Positions 61,752-64,000 of a stretch of DNA of 64,000 nt are shown one piece after another. Every line of letters begins with the position of its first letter. Position 1 is the stretch's first letter. The stretch is from Phoronis australis. Lineage: Eukaryota > Animalia > Phoronida. The notes beneath the pieces are model-generated. The model saw nothing but the letters and a program-made list of their open reading frames with translations. It made no database searches and had not been told where the DNA came from. Made by a program: the position numbers and the translations under genes. The stretch lies in contig NMRA01000033.1 in assembly GCA_002633005.1 (NCBI GenBank), positions 1,040,968 to 1,104,967 on the forward strand. Direction: 5' to 3'.

Positions 61752-63323
61752 ATTGCTATGAAAACTGTACATCGGTAATTTGTAGGGCAAACGTTGCATT
61801 AGTGGCGATTTGTGACGACCAAGGGTGGGTGCAGGTGTGACAACGGGAACCAAAACGGTGCATGGCGACCACCTAGGGTGTTGGAAAAGCAGCAATGTCA
61901 TGATCAGCAAAAGGAAGGAAGACAAACTTATCTGTTTACTCGCAGTATGATTTCCAATGGCACTCTCGTTCAACTGCGTGCGCAAGAGGTCTTCGGAGCA
62001 CCCACAATATTCCAAAGACCATCTCATTATACGCGGCTAGGCCGGAGTCAAATAACCCTCTAGACACGTGTAACCCACTATACGGGACCCACGGTTACAG
62101 TCTCTTTAGAACTGGCAGGCGGGACTTCACACTCACCTTTGCTAGTTACTGAAATAAGACTCATTTCATTTGGTCATTTGCCCTTGAGTGTTTGGCGTGG
62201 TTTGTAAACTCTGATTAAATCAACAAAAACAAAGCCAACAAAATGAATCTTATTGGGGACAAATAAAATAACAAGAATAGATTTTGGCCAAATTAACCCA
62301 AGAAATCAAATTAACGAGCACTTTTGCGAACAATGTCATATTTAGAATATACAAGGCCCAGACGTCTGATGATGTTCTAAGCAAAGTAACGAAACGTCTG
62401 GACATGTAGCAGTAGTAATGACAATATGGCATCCTTCGCTAAACCTCGTGCAATATGTTTTCATATGTTCTGGATCCAGTCCTTTTCAGAGATTTGCAGT
62501 CACTGTGTGTTTCCTTTCCAGGGGTACACGATTGTAATTTCAACGAGGGTGGAAGTTCTCATGAAAAAATTACTCTTTCGTAGGTCCAACTGATTCTATC
62601 GTTGGGGCTCTTTCGTGAGCAGACCTTTAAGATGAAAGGAAACTGTTAAAAAAGAAAAAGGGTGGTCATGGATACCATCTGCGGGCCCCTTCAAGAACTG
62701 GGCCCCCTGAGAAAGAATAAAGGAAATGAGCAGCAATTGAAATCATCATAAAGTCCCCTCGCCGCCAAGTTCCAACAGCCAGAGATTAATTTAAAAAATT
62801 CAGAAAAAAGAACGATAGTGGTGCCTCGAGAACTAGTTTTGAAATGCCTCATAATTATAGCCATGAATATAAAAATCTGAAGCAATTTGCTCTGAAAACT
62901 TTGTGCATAACTTACAAGTTTCTTTGGTTATTTAGTGAGGTGTGTACGATTAAGAGCACGTTTCTCGGTGTGTTTAGACAATCTGCTCTGAAATAAACTG
63001 GAGTCCTAACCAACAAGTCCTGACAAGGGTCCCAAAGGACAAATCCATTTCTGATAGTTGACAAGCGTCTGCTTAAATAGTATTTATTCTAGATGTTTGA
63101 CTGTGTCTTTCTTTTCTCGACTACCCTCTGTCCTGGTCTTACTAAAACGACAACCATAAAAAGATGATGACGCCAAGATGACGGTGGCGACAACTGGGGG
63201 TAAGGTGAAGTAGTTGACAACCCGGAAGGGTGGGGCCAAGGTATTGGGTGTACCTTGAAGGGGGACAGACCGTATGAAGTATGTAATGACGTTAACTGTT
63301 TGCGACTTTCATTGCATTATGCG

Positions 63324-63530
63324 ATGTAATTGTCAGGTGAAATATGTGAGCCGTAATTAACACATTACAATGTAATGTAATTGTCACGTGAAATATGTAT
63401 GCCTTGATTTAACACGTTAGAGTTGTAATGTAATTGTCACGTGAAATGTGTATGCAGTGATTAACTTGTTACAAAGTAATATAATTGTCACGTGAAGTAT
63501 GTATGCCTTGATTTAACTTGTTACAATTGT
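63324..63530. repeat. 51/53-bp alternating minisatellite, 4 copies
   Basis: ATGTAATTGTCACGTGAAATATGTATGC.. starts at 63324, 63375, 63428 and 63479. Confidence 0.88.
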
Positions 63531-64000
63531 GTACGTCTCTAGCAGCTAATTCACGCATCTCTTCTGCTTGATGTTCTCGGTTAAGACGAGAATTCGGAGA
63601 AGTGGAAAGTTTGCGTCACTGCCGCAAGTACCAAGTGTGGACGGAGTCAACGAGCCTCACACACTGCTGTTACAAGGTGATGACTAGAGCTCGCAAAGAA
63701 TGACTGGGGTTAAACGGTCCATCAGGTACGGAAACTTTAGGAAGCCGTACAAGAGTAACATATAAGACACGTTTTCCTGGTTGCGAGTGACGCACGGGCA
63801 CGCGATGTCCATTTTCTTATTATGATCTTTAGAAACAATCTTCAGCGTCATGGAAACATGCACGCACCCGGGGAGGGGGGAATAGGAGGGCTCGAATGAG
63901 CCCCCATTTGGCGAAGTTGGCAGAATGGTCCGCTTCAGAGAAGCAAAAAGCAAAAATTCCCGCCGAGCAAACGAGACACAAGTACACTAAAAAGCCGCGC

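Overview
AT-rich animal genomic DNA from a draft assembly, with N gaps at 33251-33611 and 61101-61338 and a single N at 45686. Gene content and repeats suggest a marine invertebrate, possibly a lophotrochozoan (inference only). Four protein-coding genes are supportable. (1) A single-exon 602-aa uncharacterised coiled-coil protein with two SxIP motifs (24527-26335, -). (2, 3) Two tandem, Cys-rich two-exon caveolin genes (34389-35506 and 43668-47475, +). (4) A TRPV-family channel encoded by one 2.85-kb coding exon (55317-58163, -). The rest is non-coding DNA with MITEs, SINE-like fragments and mini/microsatellites. No CRISPR array, rRNA or intact tRNA is present. Two signals stand out. First, the palindrome TACATGTA is about 20-fold over-represented, and two tandem arrays show it arising as a 6-bp insertion at a TA, as expected for Tc1/mariner excision footprints. 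Second, a 4-copy MITE family has an empty-site allele in the window and 3-bp CNG flanks that usually mismatch at the middle base.
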